This document shows, piece by piece, positions 1 through 9,021 of a stretch of DNA of 64,000 nucleotides (position 1 is the stretch's first letter; each line of letters begins with the position of its first letter). The translations under genes were made by a program, and so were the position numbers. Source of the DNA: an uncultured archaeon (GTDB lineage Archaea > Micrarchaeota > Micrarchaeia > Micrarchaeales > CABMGC01); the NCBI GenBank assembly GCA_963830445.1, contig CAWHMC010000015.1, positions 3,999 to 67,998 on the forward strand, given 5' to 3'. The notes under the pieces were generated by a model. That model was not told the origin of the DNA. It worked only from the letters and a program-made list of their open reading frames with translations, and did not search any database.

Positions 1-73
1 CATGAAGCAGAGGCTCGTCTATGTCGGCATATTCGTGGGCTTCCTCATCGGCTTCCTGGTGAACCTGATCTAA
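1..73 (+). CDS. 3' end of a membrane protein (partial)
   Basis: Frame from 2 reads MKQRLVYVGIFVGFLIGFLVNLI then TAA; hydrophobic C-terminal helix at the window edge. Confidence 0.55.
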   Translation, partial: MKQRLVYVGIFVGFLIGFLVNLI

Positions 74-75
74 TC

Positions 76-1131
76 TCAGACGTTCCCGCCGGAGATTATG
101 GCAACCGCCTTCTCCCCCTTGTTTATCCTTAATTTTCGGTAGGCAGCGACCGACGCAACGGCTGCAAGCTCAGCTACCAATCCGTATCTCTCGGCGAACC
201 TCTTCTGCTCCGCCTTCATCTCCGTGTCAGAGACGGTTATCGCGCTGCCCTCCAGGAAACGCAGGTCATCCAGGGCGCTCTCCCCGAAGGTCGGAAGACC
301 GACCGCTATCGCGTCCGCCCTGGTTGCGGGGTTCACGTATTCGACCGGCTTCAGGGCCGAGAACGCCTTCACGAACGGCTTGCACGAGCTGGACTGCACG
401 CCGATGACCTTCGGGATGTGCAGCTTCTGGTGCTCGGCCTTGAGGTGGCGCAGCGCCTTCAGCACCCCGCCCAGCAGCGTCGCGTTGCCCACGGGAACAA
501 TAAGGTACTTCGCGTCCGGCAGCTGGTTCAGCACTTCGTAGGCGATGGTGCTCTGGCCTTCCTTCCGATAGCAGTAGTCGCCGGCGAGGAATGCTCCCTC
601 CCGCTGTGCGTACCTCTCGGCGAGCCCCTGCGCCTTGGTGAAATCGCCGTCGACGTGGGTTACATCCGCATCGTGGGTCTCGCGTATGTCGCGCACCTTG
701 TCCTTGTTAGCGTCCCTGCTCACGAACACCTTGGTGCGTAGCCCGTAGAGCTTCGAATAATAGGCTATGGAATAGGCCATGTTGCCCGTCGAGGCGCAGA
801 CGATCTTCCTGTAACCGTACTCATGCGCCTTCGCCACCTCGATAACCGAGCCCCGGTCCTTGAACGAGCGAGTCGGGTTCTCCAGCTCAAGTTTCAGATA
901 CAGGTTCGGCTCCTGGGCCTGCATCAGAGTGGTAGAGCCCACTTTGTAATGCCTGTACTCCCCCCGCGGGAGCACCGGAGCGTAACCCCAGAACCTCGCA
1001 TCCCCGCTCACGAAGGGTGCGGAGTGGCTGTACACCACCTCCATTATCCCCCCACAGGTGACGCAAATCTGGGACTGGTAGTGGCGGTCGTACTCAGCCC
1101 TGCAGCGAGTGCACCTAAGTAAGTACTCCAT
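76..1131 (-). CDS. thrC: Threonine synthase-like PLP enzyme
   Basis: N-terminal CxxC..CxxC, NPTRSFKDRG PLP-lysine motif, ASTGN, VPVGN, SGGN C-terminus. Confidence 0.8.
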   Translation of the reverse strand: MEYLLRCTRCRAEYDRHYQSQICVTCGGIMEVVYSHSAPFVSGDARFWGYAPVLPRGEYRHYKVGSTTLMQAQEPNLYLKLELENPTRSFKDRGSVIEVAKAHEYGYRKIVCASTGNMAYSIAYYSKLYGLRTKVFVSRDANKDKVRDIRETHDADVTHVDGDFTKAQGLAERYAQREGAFLAGDYCYRKEGQSTIAYEVLNQLPDAKYLIVPVGNATLLGGVLKALRHLKAEHQKLHIPKVIGVQSSSCKPFVKAFSALKPVEYVNPATRADAIAVGLPTFGESALDDLRFLEGSAITVSDTEMKAEQKRFAERYGLVAELAAVASVAAYRKLRINKGEKAVAIISGGNV

Positions 1132-1195
1132 TTTGCATCCAGAGTTGCACTGGGAACCTTGTTTATATTAACTTTTTGTTACACTGATTCTACTA

Positions 1196-1238
1196 TGTGG
1201 TCACCTTAAGGGGAAGATATTTATATTTGTAGTCACCT
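1196..1238. promoter_or_regulatory. Direct repeats TGT(G/A)GTCACCT flanking the Fic TATA box
   Basis: tgtggtcacct 1196-1206 and tgtagtcacct 1228-1238 around tttatatt. Confidence 0.6.
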
Positions 1239-1247
1239 AATACTATT

Positions 1248-2183
1248 ATGTTTGTTGAAACAAGGAAGGTTAAAGACCAAAAAAAGTACTATTTAGTATA
1301 CTCCTACAGGACCGGAGACAAAGTCCAAAAAATTAGACTTTATCTAGGCACGAATCTGAACAAAAGTGAGATTCAGCTTAAAAGAAAAGTTGCTGAAGGA
1401 AAAATGAGAATAAAACTTGCAAGAAAGAAGTCTATCAATCCCTATAAAACAGTCTTATCTAGTAGCGAACTTGCAGACATTAAAGAGCTTGAACCAAACG
1501 GCAGAATAAAGTTGATACATCTAAGTGATGAAGAATGGCTTAGGTTCACTGAGACCTTCACTTACGATACTAACGCCATAGAAGGATCAACTGTAGAGAA
1601 ATCCGAAGTTCAGAAGATTCTAGAGGACAATAAATGGCCGGATAGATCAAAGCAAGAAATATCTGAGACGTTTGGCGTTTCTGAAGCGGTTAAGCATATA
1701 CGAACTACAAAAGAACATCTTTCAATAGAGCTAATCAAAATTCTACATAGCATAGTATTTAAGAATTCGAAAGGGTTTGCAGGCAGTGTAAGGAAAAATG
1801 GGGAAGAAGTTGTAGTAGTAGATAGATTTGGAAATGTGGTGCACAGAGGTGCCCACCCGGAAAATATTTTATCATTGCTTAAAGAGTTGGTTTCCTGGTA
1901 TGAGAAAAACAAGAAGAGATACCCTCCCCTGGTCCTGGCCGCGGTTGTACACAATCAATTTGAGAACATACATCCGTTCACAGACGGGAACGGGAGAGTA
2001 GGGAGACTCTTGCTTATTAACATCTTGTTAAAGAATGGATTACCGCCAGTAAACATAGAATTGGAAAACAGGAAAGAGTATTACGAAGCACTTCAGGAAT
2101 ATCAAAATAACGGCAATATACGGTCCACAGTAGAGCTCCTACTTAAAGAATATCGAAGGCTAAAGAACATTATCAAAAGGTGA
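1248..2183 (+). CDS. Fic family protein with N-terminal basic beta-rich domain
   Basis: HPFTDGNGRVGR Fic motif, TNAIEGS; visibly AT-richer than flanks. Confidence 0.92.
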   Translation: MFVETRKVKDQKKYYLVYSYRTGDKVQKIRLYLGTNLNKSEIQLKRKVAEGKMRIKLARKKSINPYKTVLSSSELADIKELEPNGRIKLIHLSDEEWLRFTETFTYDTNAIEGSTVEKSEVQKILEDNKWPDRSKQEISETFGVSEAVKHIRTTKEHLSIELIKILHSIVFKNSKGFAGSVRKNGEEVVVVDRFGNVVHRGAHPENILSLLKELVSWYEKNKKRYPPLVLAAVVHNQFENIHPFTDGNGRVGRLLLINILLKNGLPPVNIELENRKEYYEALQEYQNNGNIRSTVELLLKEYRRLKNIIKR

Positions 2184-2209
2184 CCACACAATTCAAAACT
2201 GTGGTCACC
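2178..2209. repeat. Inverted repeat of the same GTGGTCACC motif at the Fic stop
   Basis: aggtgaccaca 2178-2188, 11-nt spacer, tgtggtcacc 2200-2209. Confidence 0.7.
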
Positions 2210-2281
2210 ATTTAAGTGACAAAGTCAGACTAATGAAAAACAACCATTTATTACTTTTCTTAATTAAGTATAATCAGTGAT

Positions 2282-2902
2282 ATGATGAGCAACACAGATG
2301 GAGACCATATTGTAAAGCAGATGCCTGTGGGATACGAGAAAGTTCAGAACCTGATGGACCAGGAGACGTTCAACTGGCACCACGACACGCACTACGCGGG
2401 CTACGTTAACAAGCGCAACGAGATAGAGAAGGAGCTGAAAGCGGTTGACAAGAGCAAGGCGAACGCCAATTACAGCGTGATCCGTTCCCTTAAACTAGAG
2501 GAGACGTGGAACGCGAACGGCCAGATACTTCATGAGGTTTACTGGGACACGATGGGCGGGGACGGCAAGGCCGACCCCAGCCTGGGCATAGTAAAGAAGA
2601 TCATCGAGGACTTCGGCAGCGTTGATGCGTTCAAGGCTGAGTTCGTTGCGGTCGGCAAGTCCGGAAGAGGATGGGCGGTGTTGGCCTACGATCCGCTCAC
2701 CGACGGGAAGCTGCGCTGCGTGATGTACGACTTCCACAACCAGGGGGGCATAGTCGGATCGATGCCGCTGATCGCTGTGGACATATTCGAGCATGCCTAC
2801 TACCACAAGTACGGGCCCGACCGCGCCTCATACCTCGCCGCGCTGATCGAGAACATCGACTGGCAGAAGGTTGATGCGAAGTACTCGAAGTATACTCGCT
2901 GA
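2282..2902 (+). CDS. sod: Fe/Mn superoxide dismutase
   Basis: HHDTHYAGYVN, LHEVYW, DIFEHAYY metal-ligand motifs. Confidence 0.95.
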   Translation: MMSNTDGDHIVKQMPVGYEKVQNLMDQETFNWHHDTHYAGYVNKRNEIEKELKAVDKSKANANYSVIRSLKLEETWNANGQILHEVYWDTMGGDGKADPSLGIVKKIIEDFGSVDAFKAEFVAVGKSGRGWAVLAYDPLTDGKLRCVMYDFHNQGGIVGSMPLIAVDIFEHAYYHKYGPDRASYLAALIENIDWQKVDAKYSKYTR

Positions 2903-2911
2903 GGTCATCGC

Positions 2912-3274
2912 ATGGATGTCAAATATCAGGAACCGAAGGAGCTCGTGATACACCACCTTTACCAGGTGTCCACCGATGAGCTTACGCGCCTGTGCCTGTC
3001 TGTGCAGAGCAGCTCGCGGATGCTCTTCTGGCACAACGGGATCCTGTTCTTCTTCTACTCCATGCCGCACATAATGAGCGGCACCGTCTCGGACGACTAC
3101 CTCAAGGGCAGGGAGCACTGGGAGGAGGTTTTCTACGCGGAGCAGCCGAAGTTCCAGGAGAGCATGGAGCTGGAGGACGGGGAGTTCAAGGGCGCCAAGC
3201 TGCGCGTGGTCAAGGCCTCCAATTTCACGCCCCACAAGGAGTTCGCCGAATGGGTTGTGAAGCTGAAGAAGTAG
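2912..3274 (+). CDS. Hypothetical protein, probably co-transcribed with sod
   Basis: GAGGT RBS-like site, 9-nt gap after sod, host-like codon usage. Confidence 0.7.
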   Translation: MDVKYQEPKELVIHHLYQVSTDELTRLCLSVQSSSRMLFWHNGILFFFYSMPHIMSGTVSDDYLKGREHWEEVFYAEQPKFQESMELEDGEFKGAKLRVVKASNFTPHKEFAEWVVKLKK

Positions 3275-3348
3275 CGCTTCAAGGCGCCAGCGCCGGCCTT
3301 CCACCAACGCATATATATCTGAAAAACCAGAACAGATAATCAGATTAC

Positions 3349-3822
3349 ATGGCAGCTAAAACCCTACAAACCGCAAAGCCGAAGATGCTGGTGATACAGA
3401 CGCCCAACGACCCTCTGCTCGCGCTCCGAGCAAGGATCGCGCATGCGGATAGCGCAAAGAATCCCATCCGTGGGGTTCTCAGGTATGAGAGCCGCGAACA
3501 GGTGACAGCGACGGGTACGAAGCGCTCACCACGCAAGGAGGCGGTGACCGCAGACGGCAAGCACATAACACTTATCCTAAGGAGCGAGGCCGCCTTCGGC
3601 TCCAGCTCGCCCGGCGAGCTGAGACTGGCCACGGTAAAGGCAAAGGAACTGCTGAGAAAAGTCTCAGAGGCGTTGAACGTGCGATGGAACGTCCAGCTAC
3701 GGCCGTCGGCCCGCGGGTTCTTCAGGCTCAAGGTCCACGGACTGGATGCGGACAAGGCGAGGGACTGCTCGAACTTCTGCGACCGGGTCTCGCCTGCATT
3801 CTCAGACCTGCTGCGAACATAA
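3349..3822 (+). CDS. Orphan paralog array member A
   Basis: TATATATC box 3312-3319; KPKMLV..NDPLL resembles member C; RGFFRLKV resembles B/E RGYL. Confidence 0.65.
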   Translation: MAAKTLQTAKPKMLVIQTPNDPLLALRARIAHADSAKNPIRGVLRYESREQVTATGTKRSPRKEAVTADGKHITLILRSEAAFGSSSPGELRLATVKAKELLRKVSEALNVRWNVQLRPSARGFFRLKVHGLDADKARDCSNFCDRVSPAFSDLLRT

Positions 3823-3895
3823 TCTTTATCCCGACAGCCGTCATAGGTTCTAGATAGTCGTAAATATCAGGAAATTCATAATATTGAATGATAAT

Positions 3896-4540
3896 ATGTC
3901 CGGCAAGAACAGTTTTGTCGTCAAGCACGTACCTGTTACTTTTAAGCAGTACCAGCTGGGCTTCATGCGCGTGGACCTGCGCGAGAGCGCTCCACGGCCG
4001 GAACTGAAGGCACCCGCCCTCGCCGAAGTGAACCCCGACGCCTGGCTGAAGGAGATGAAGCGCACGCTCCCGGCCCGGATGGAGAAGCTGTGCGATGCAG
4101 TACTGTCGACCGACCCTCCTGCAAATATCCAGTACGTCGCGCCGGGCATTCTCCAGAGCGAGTTCTCAAACGGCACCCTGACAGAGCGCGTGGCCTACGA
4201 CATGTCCCACATCTCCGATCGCACCATAGGCGAGGTGGTCGACAAACTTGGCCTGACGCTGGTAAATGTGGCCTGCGACCAGAGGAAGTCCGGCCTGCTG
4301 TGCAACTCGGAGGGCGCTTTCGACGTGATGGGCGGCCACATAATCCGCCACCTCTACAGCTCCTATGCGGCCCTGTTGAGGTACGGGAAGGTCCAGATGG
4401 TGGCCAACAAGCGCGGCTACCTGGGCCTCAGCATAAGCGACCCCGGGTATGACGATCCGGAGCAGGGCGAGCGACTCAAGGAGGAGCACATAAAATTCCT
4501 GAGGTCGACCCTCAAGGCGGCGCAGCGCCAGATTGCCTGA
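3896..4540 (+). CDS. Orphan paralog array member B
   Basis: TAAATATC 3861-3868; AYDMSH shared with C; KRGYLGL shared with E. Confidence 0.7.
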   Translation: MSGKNSFVVKHVPVTFKQYQLGFMRVDLRESAPRPELKAPALAEVNPDAWLKEMKRTLPARMEKLCDAVLSTDPPANIQYVAPGILQSEFSNGTLTERVAYDMSHISDRTIGEVVDKLGLTLVNVACDQRKSGLLCNSEGAFDVMGGHIIRHLYSSYAALLRYGKVQMVANKRGYLGLSISDPGYDDPEQGERLKEEHIKFLRSTLKAAQRQIA

Positions 4541-4620
4541 ATCAGTGTCTGATGCTTTGCGGCCTTGCGGCCAGATACGGTTAAATATCTAAAACACACC
4601 AATACAATCGTGAAATTACT

Positions 4621-5304
4621 ATGCACAGCAGCAAGCCAAGGTTCCTGGTAAAAGCGATAATCAACGACCCCAGCCTGCTCCGCCTGGGCATAGAGCAGGT
4701 CCGACTAATCGATGAGAAGCGACCGTCAGGTGATACGGGACGTACGGCTCCCATTACTCACAATCTCCCTCGGAACGAGGCACGGGAAAGCTACAGCTCG
4801 ATCCTAGGGCAGTACGACACGTTCGACGATGGCCAGGAGATAAAGGAGGACAAAACTCCCCTTAGAGTAATCCGCGGGACAAGGGCCAACAACTTCGAGC
4901 ACTGCACACTGCACGTCACGGCGAGCTATGACATGAGCCACAAGGACTTCGACGCTCTCGTCGAAATAGTCAGAACCCTGAGCAAGATAGCCACAAAATT
5001 CGCCGGCGAGGAGCTGCAGACCCTCTTCCGCGAATCAAAGAATGCCTACAGCGATGACGGCTTTTATGTTCAATCAGGAACGATAAAACCCGACACCTCG
5101 GACACCCAGGTCGCCGCAGTACTAGAGCGCGGCCACATAAAGATATTCGCGATAAGGGATATCTCTCCCAACCGGCAGAGCAACGACCGGATAAGCATCG
5201 AGGTGAACGACGTGCCCGTCAACGCACCTTCCAAGGAAGAGATATTTAATTTTGCAGAGAACGCGCTCTGCTTCTTCATGAGGCAACTGCCTCCCGGCAG
5301 GTAG
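4621..5304 (+). CDS. Orphan paralog array member C
   Basis: TAAATATC 4582-4589; SYDMSH and AAVLERGHI align with B. Confidence 0.7.
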   Translation: MHSSKPRFLVKAIINDPSLLRLGIEQVRLIDEKRPSGDTGRTAPITHNLPRNEARESYSSILGQYDTFDDGQEIKEDKTPLRVIRGTRANNFEHCTLHVTASYDMSHKDFDALVEIVRTLSKIATKFAGEELQTLFRESKNAYSDDGFYVQSGTIKPDTSDTQVAAVLERGHIKIFAIRDISPNRQSNDRISIEVNDVPVNAPSKEEIFNFAENALCFFMRQLPPGR

Positions 5305-5312
5305 GTGATGAG

Positions 5313-5756
5313 ATGACCCGAACAATAGCAGGCAGAGCGGAAGGCGCAAGGCAGAAGGCGCTGAACCCCGCATTCCTACTCCAGGCTCTTGCTCGCCGCG
5401 GAGTGCTTGAGCGCAAACCTCTGATAATTGAGAGCTTTGAGCTCCTGCTGACAGGCACCCCTGCATACAAGGCGGCCTACGACGGCGTCAGCGCAACAAT
5501 CGTCAACCGAACGGTAATACTCGAGGCCAGAACCGACAAGGAGCTGAACGCAACTCTCGCTGAAAAGGCCAAGATATTTATGCGGGACAGCACGCATGCG
5601 AAGGAGGCGCGACGCAGATCCGGGTTGAAGATGCGGAATGGTGTGATCACTCTCACCTACTTCGAAGTGGACGTGAAGAACGGGGAGCTGAAGCACTACG
5701 CGAAGCTCGCCGATCATCTGCTCGAAGCGCTTGCCAAGGCGCTCAGGCAAGCCTGA
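5313..5756 (+). CDS. Orphan hypothetical protein, possible array member D
   Basis: GGTGA RBS after member C stop; only weak similarity to A. Confidence 0.6.
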   Translation: MTRTIAGRAEGARQKALNPAFLLQALARRGVLERKPLIIESFELLLTGTPAYKAAYDGVSATIVNRTVILEARTDKELNATLAEKAKIFMRDSTHAKEARRRSGLKMRNGVITLTYFEVDVKNGELKHYAKLADHLLEALAKALRQA

Positions 5757-5808
5757 GTCTGGCGACTACTAATAAATATCTGAACCTATAGAGGGTTTCT
5801 GTGATGCG

Positions 5809-6387
5809 ATGACCAAGATTCAAAGGAAGCACGAAGTCAGGCAAGGATTTGACCTGAATGGGATAGGCCCCTTCTCCGACCTGCTGCGCCCGTACAAGTT
5901 CGAGAGCCAAGAGGATGCGATCCCCGGAGTGAAGAGAAGCGTCCTGGAGATACAATCGGGCAAGGCCTCCGTGTTCGAGTACGAGAGGTTGGGTGTCGTG
6001 CCCAACACGCTTCCAGAGCTAAAGAGGACAGTCACAGGGCTAAATGAGATCTTCGTGAAGATGGCAGCTTCAAACGGTCTATCCGCTCTCCTGAAAGAGG
6101 AGCCCTCCATACCTGCCTTCACGCCCCTGGACGGAATAATACGGGACGGCCTTTACGAAGAGGTCTACGAGCTCGCAGGCCACCTATTCATCAAGAACGG
6201 AAGGGCAATCACCCATGCCAGCAGGCGCGGCTATCTCCTCATAGACTTCAAGGACCTGGCCAGGGAAGAGATAGCTCCGGCAACAAGGCTGGCGAGAGAC
6301 GCACTGGCAGAGTTCACGAAAGAGGAGGAAGCAATGAAGACTCTCGAGTTCGTGAACAGCCTCACGCTGTTGGGGGCCAGCGACTGA
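5809..6387 (+). CDS. Orphan paralog array member E
   Basis: TAAATATC 5773-5780; LSALL..AF..NGRAITHASRRGYLLI aligns with B. Confidence 0.7.
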   Translation: MTKIQRKHEVRQGFDLNGIGPFSDLLRPYKFESQEDAIPGVKRSVLEIQSGKASVFEYERLGVVPNTLPELKRTVTGLNEIFVKMAASNGLSALLKEEPSIPAFTPLDGIIRDGLYEEVYELAGHLFIKNGRAITHASRRGYLLIDFKDLAREEIAPATRLARDALAEFTKEEEAMKTLEFVNSLTLLGASD

Positions 6388-6401
6388 ATCCGGCGCGAGA
6401 C

Positions 6402-7727
6402 TCACTTGCATCCAGCAGCGAACGTCTTGACCACACTGTCAAGCGCTGCGCCTCGCGGCTTCAGTTCGTAACCCACCTGCACCAGCGGCTTGTTTATCTT
6501 CATCAGCGTGCGCAGGTCGGTAGGCGTGGCCGAGATTACCACGTCACACTTCGCTTTGTTCACCGAGCTCTCCAGGTCCTTCACCTCCTTCGGGCTGTAT
6601 CCGACAGCCGGCATCTCAATGTTGAGCCGCGGATACTTGTCAAACACCTTTCGTATCTCTCCGACTGCAGAGTCTCTGGCCTTCGCGAATGAGCGGGCTT
6701 TGTACTCTTTTGCAGCCACCATCCCTGCTCCGATGCGCATCCCACCGTGGGTTATCGTTGGACCGTCCTCTATCACCAGCACGCGCCTGCCCTTTATCAG
6801 TTCGGGCTTGTCTGGCAGTACCACCGAATCCGCACAGATGACCGTGGCTTTCGGATTGATCTGCTTAAGGTCCTCCTTCAGCAGCGCAAGTTCGCTCTTC
6901 GTTGCGGAGTTCACCTTGTTTATTATTAGCACGTCCGCCATCCTCGCGCACGTCTCGCCGGGATAATAGGTAAGCTCGTTGCCGGCGCGCAGCGGGTCGG
7001 CGACGGTTATGAAAAGGTCGGGCTTGAAGAACGGCGCATCGTTGTTGCCGCCGTCCCAGAGGACCACGTCCGCTTCCTTCTCAGCCGCACGCAGTATGCG
7101 CTCATAATCTACACCAGCGTATACGATGAACTTGTTGCGTATGTGCGGTTCGTAATCCTCGCGCTCCTCGATCGTTGTCTTGTACCTGTCAAGGTCCTTT
7201 AGAGAGGCGAAGCGCTCGACCTGCTGGTCCTTGAGCACGCCATAGGGCATCGGATGACGCACGACAACCACGCGCAGCCCTAGTTTGCGCAGCATAAGTG
7301 CGATGTATCGCGAGGTCTGGCTCTTTCCGCAGCCGGTGCGCACGGCGCAGACAGCGATAACCGGTTTAGTAGACTTAATCATCGTGCGTTCCGGAGCGAC
7401 CAGCCAGAAGTCAGCTCCGGCTGCGTTTGCAATTGCAGCTTTGTGCATTACATCGGCGTAGGGCAGGTCGCTGTAGGCCTGTATGCAGATCTCTACCTCG
7501 AACTTCTTTATGAGGGCCGGCAGTTCAGATTCATCGTGTATCCGTATCCCCCTGGGATACAGCCGACCGCTCAGTTCCTTCGGGTAAATGCGATCGGAGA
7601 TGTAGGGTATCTGATTGGCTGTGAAGGCAACGACGTTATATGCCGGATCATCACGAAAGAGTACATTGAAGTCGTGGAAGTCCCTTCCTGCAGCACCAAT
7701 AATTATCACATTCTTTTTCTTTGACAT
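6402..7727 (-). CDS. arcE: COG2403 P-loop NTPase / cDPG-synthetase-like protein; probable arginine synthetase ArcE
   Basis: GAAGRDFHDFN, AVRTGCGKSQ, RHPMPYG, TIEEREDYE, WDGGNND, EDGPT..HGG; clustered with OTC and carbamate kinase. Confidence 0.75.
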   Translation of the reverse strand: MSKKKNVIIIGAAGRDFHDFNVLFRDDPAYNVVAFTANQIPYISDRIYPKELSGRLYPRGIRIHDESELPALIKKFEVEICIQAYSDLPYADVMHKAAIANAAGADFWLVAPERTMIKSTKPVIAVCAVRTGCGKSQTSRYIALMLRKLGLRVVVVRHPMPYGVLKDQQVERFASLKDLDRYKTTIEEREDYEPHIRNKFIVYAGVDYERILRAAEKEADVVLWDGGNNDAPFFKPDLFITVADPLRAGNELTYYPGETCARMADVLIINKVNSATKSELALLKEDLKQINPKATVICADSVVLPDKPELIKGRRVLVIEDGPTITHGGMRIGAGMVAAKEYKARSFAKARDSAVGEIRKVFDKYPRLNIEMPAVGYSPKEVKDLESSVNKAKCDVVISATPTDLRTLMKINKPLVQVGYELKPRGAALDSVVKTFAAGCK

Positions 7728-7789
7728 GAGAGCACCAAAGATAGATTCTATGGCTGTATCTAAATAAGTTCGCTGCCGTCAGATGCCTG

Positions 7790-8086
7790 TTAGTCAAGGA
7801 ACTTCTTTATCCCGAATCCGAACATCAGCACCATGAGCCAGAATCCGACCAGCAGCACCGGCAGCGCATAGCCGTCGTACAGGTTGAACACCACCAGGCC
7901 CGCCACGATTATCGTCGCAGCCATAAAGTTTGCCAGCCCGAAGAGTACGTTGGTTCTGGGCTTCGACTTTTGGCCGAATGGGCTCTTGAATATCCTACCG
8001 GCCGCGCCGAACGCGAAGTGCGGCATCCCATTGCCCAACAAGAACCCTATTATGAAATACCATATAAGAAAGAGTTCAGATGCCAT
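7790..8086 (-). CDS. Small three-helix membrane protein in the arc cluster
   Basis: ATG at 8086 after GAGGG, 4 nt past the arcC stop; three hydrophobic segments; NGMPHF..G..F.SPF. Confidence 0.65.
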   Translation of the reverse strand: MASELFLIWYFIIGFLLGNGMPHFAFGAAGRIFKSPFGQKSKPRTNVLFGLANFMAATIIVAGLVVFNLYDGYALPVLLVGFWLMVLMFGFGIKKFLD

Positions 8087-8090
8087 GCCC

Positions 8091-9017
8091 TCACACAATA
8101 GTTGTACCTGCCTTTCCCTCAAGCGCACCATCTGAATTCTCCAGCGAGGTAATGATGGCCTTGTTGCCCGTAGCTTTGACGAAAGCTACTACTGCCTCAA
8201 TCTTAGGCCTCATCGTCCCGTTCTCAAACTGGTTGCTTGCCAGATGGGCGTTGCACTCTCGAACGCTGACCTTTGTCAGCTTCTGCTGGTTCTTCTTCCT
8301 ATAGTTGATGAATACGTGGTCAACATCTGTAAGTATCATAAACCTATCGACATTCAGGCTCCTTGCAAGCAGCGACGATGCATGGTCCTTGTCAATCACC
8401 GCATCAACGCCTGTCAACACTCCTACTTCTCTCACCACCGGCACTCCGCCTCCGCCCGTACATACAACAATCTTTTTCTCCGCCACGAGCTTGCGTATTG
8501 TGTCCAGTTCAACTATCTCGAGAGGCATTGGTGACGGCACCACCCTCCTGTACTTCCCGTCCTCGCGCACCAGCGTCCATCCGAACTCCTTCGCCAGCTT
8601 GTCTGCTTCCCTTTTTTCATAGAACGGCCCCACGGGCTTCGCCGGGTTCTTGAAATGCGGATCCTTGCTGCTGACCACCGTTTGCGTAAGCACGCACGCT
8701 ACCTCCTTCGAGATTCCCGCCTTGCGCAGCTCGTTAGCGATCGCCTGCGAGATCATGTAGCCCATCATCCCCTGGCTCTCACCTCCGCACACATGCAGTG
8801 GCATCGTCGGAAGTCTCGATCTGGCAAGCTCGTAGCGCAGGAGGATGTCGCCCACCTGCGGGCCGTTGCCATGGGTTATCACAACGTTGTGGCCCTTCTT
8901 GATTATCTTCACTATGTGCCTGGCGGTGTTCACTATGTTCGCTTGCTGCTCCTCGTAGGTCCCCTTCTGGTGCTCTTTCAATATCGCGTTCCCGCCGAGA
9001 GCAATAAGTATGTTCAT
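8091..9017 (-). CDS. arcC: Carbamate kinase
   Basis: ALGGNA, THGNGPQVG, KPVGPFY, RRVVPSP, GGGGVPV, AVIDKD. Confidence 0.95.
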   Translation of the reverse strand: MNILIALGGNAILKEHQKGTYEEQQANIVNTARHIVKIIKKGHNVVITHGNGPQVGDILLRYELARSRLPTMPLHVCGGESQGMMGYMISQAIANELRKAGISKEVACVLTQTVVSSKDPHFKNPAKPVGPFYEKREADKLAKEFGWTLVREDGKYRRVVPSPMPLEIVELDTIRKLVAEKKIVVCTGGGGVPVVREVGVLTGVDAVIDKDHASSLLARSLNVDRFMILTDVDHVFINYRKKNQQKLTKVSVRECNAHLASNQFENGTMRPKIEAVVAFVKATGNKAIITSLENSDGALEGKAGTTIV

Positions 9018-9021
9018 CCTC

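Noticed and set aside
6402..7727. Cyclic 2,3-diphosphoglycerate synthetase
   Set aside because: Related family, but the context is OTC plus carbamate kinase with no 2-phosphoglycerate kinase nearby.
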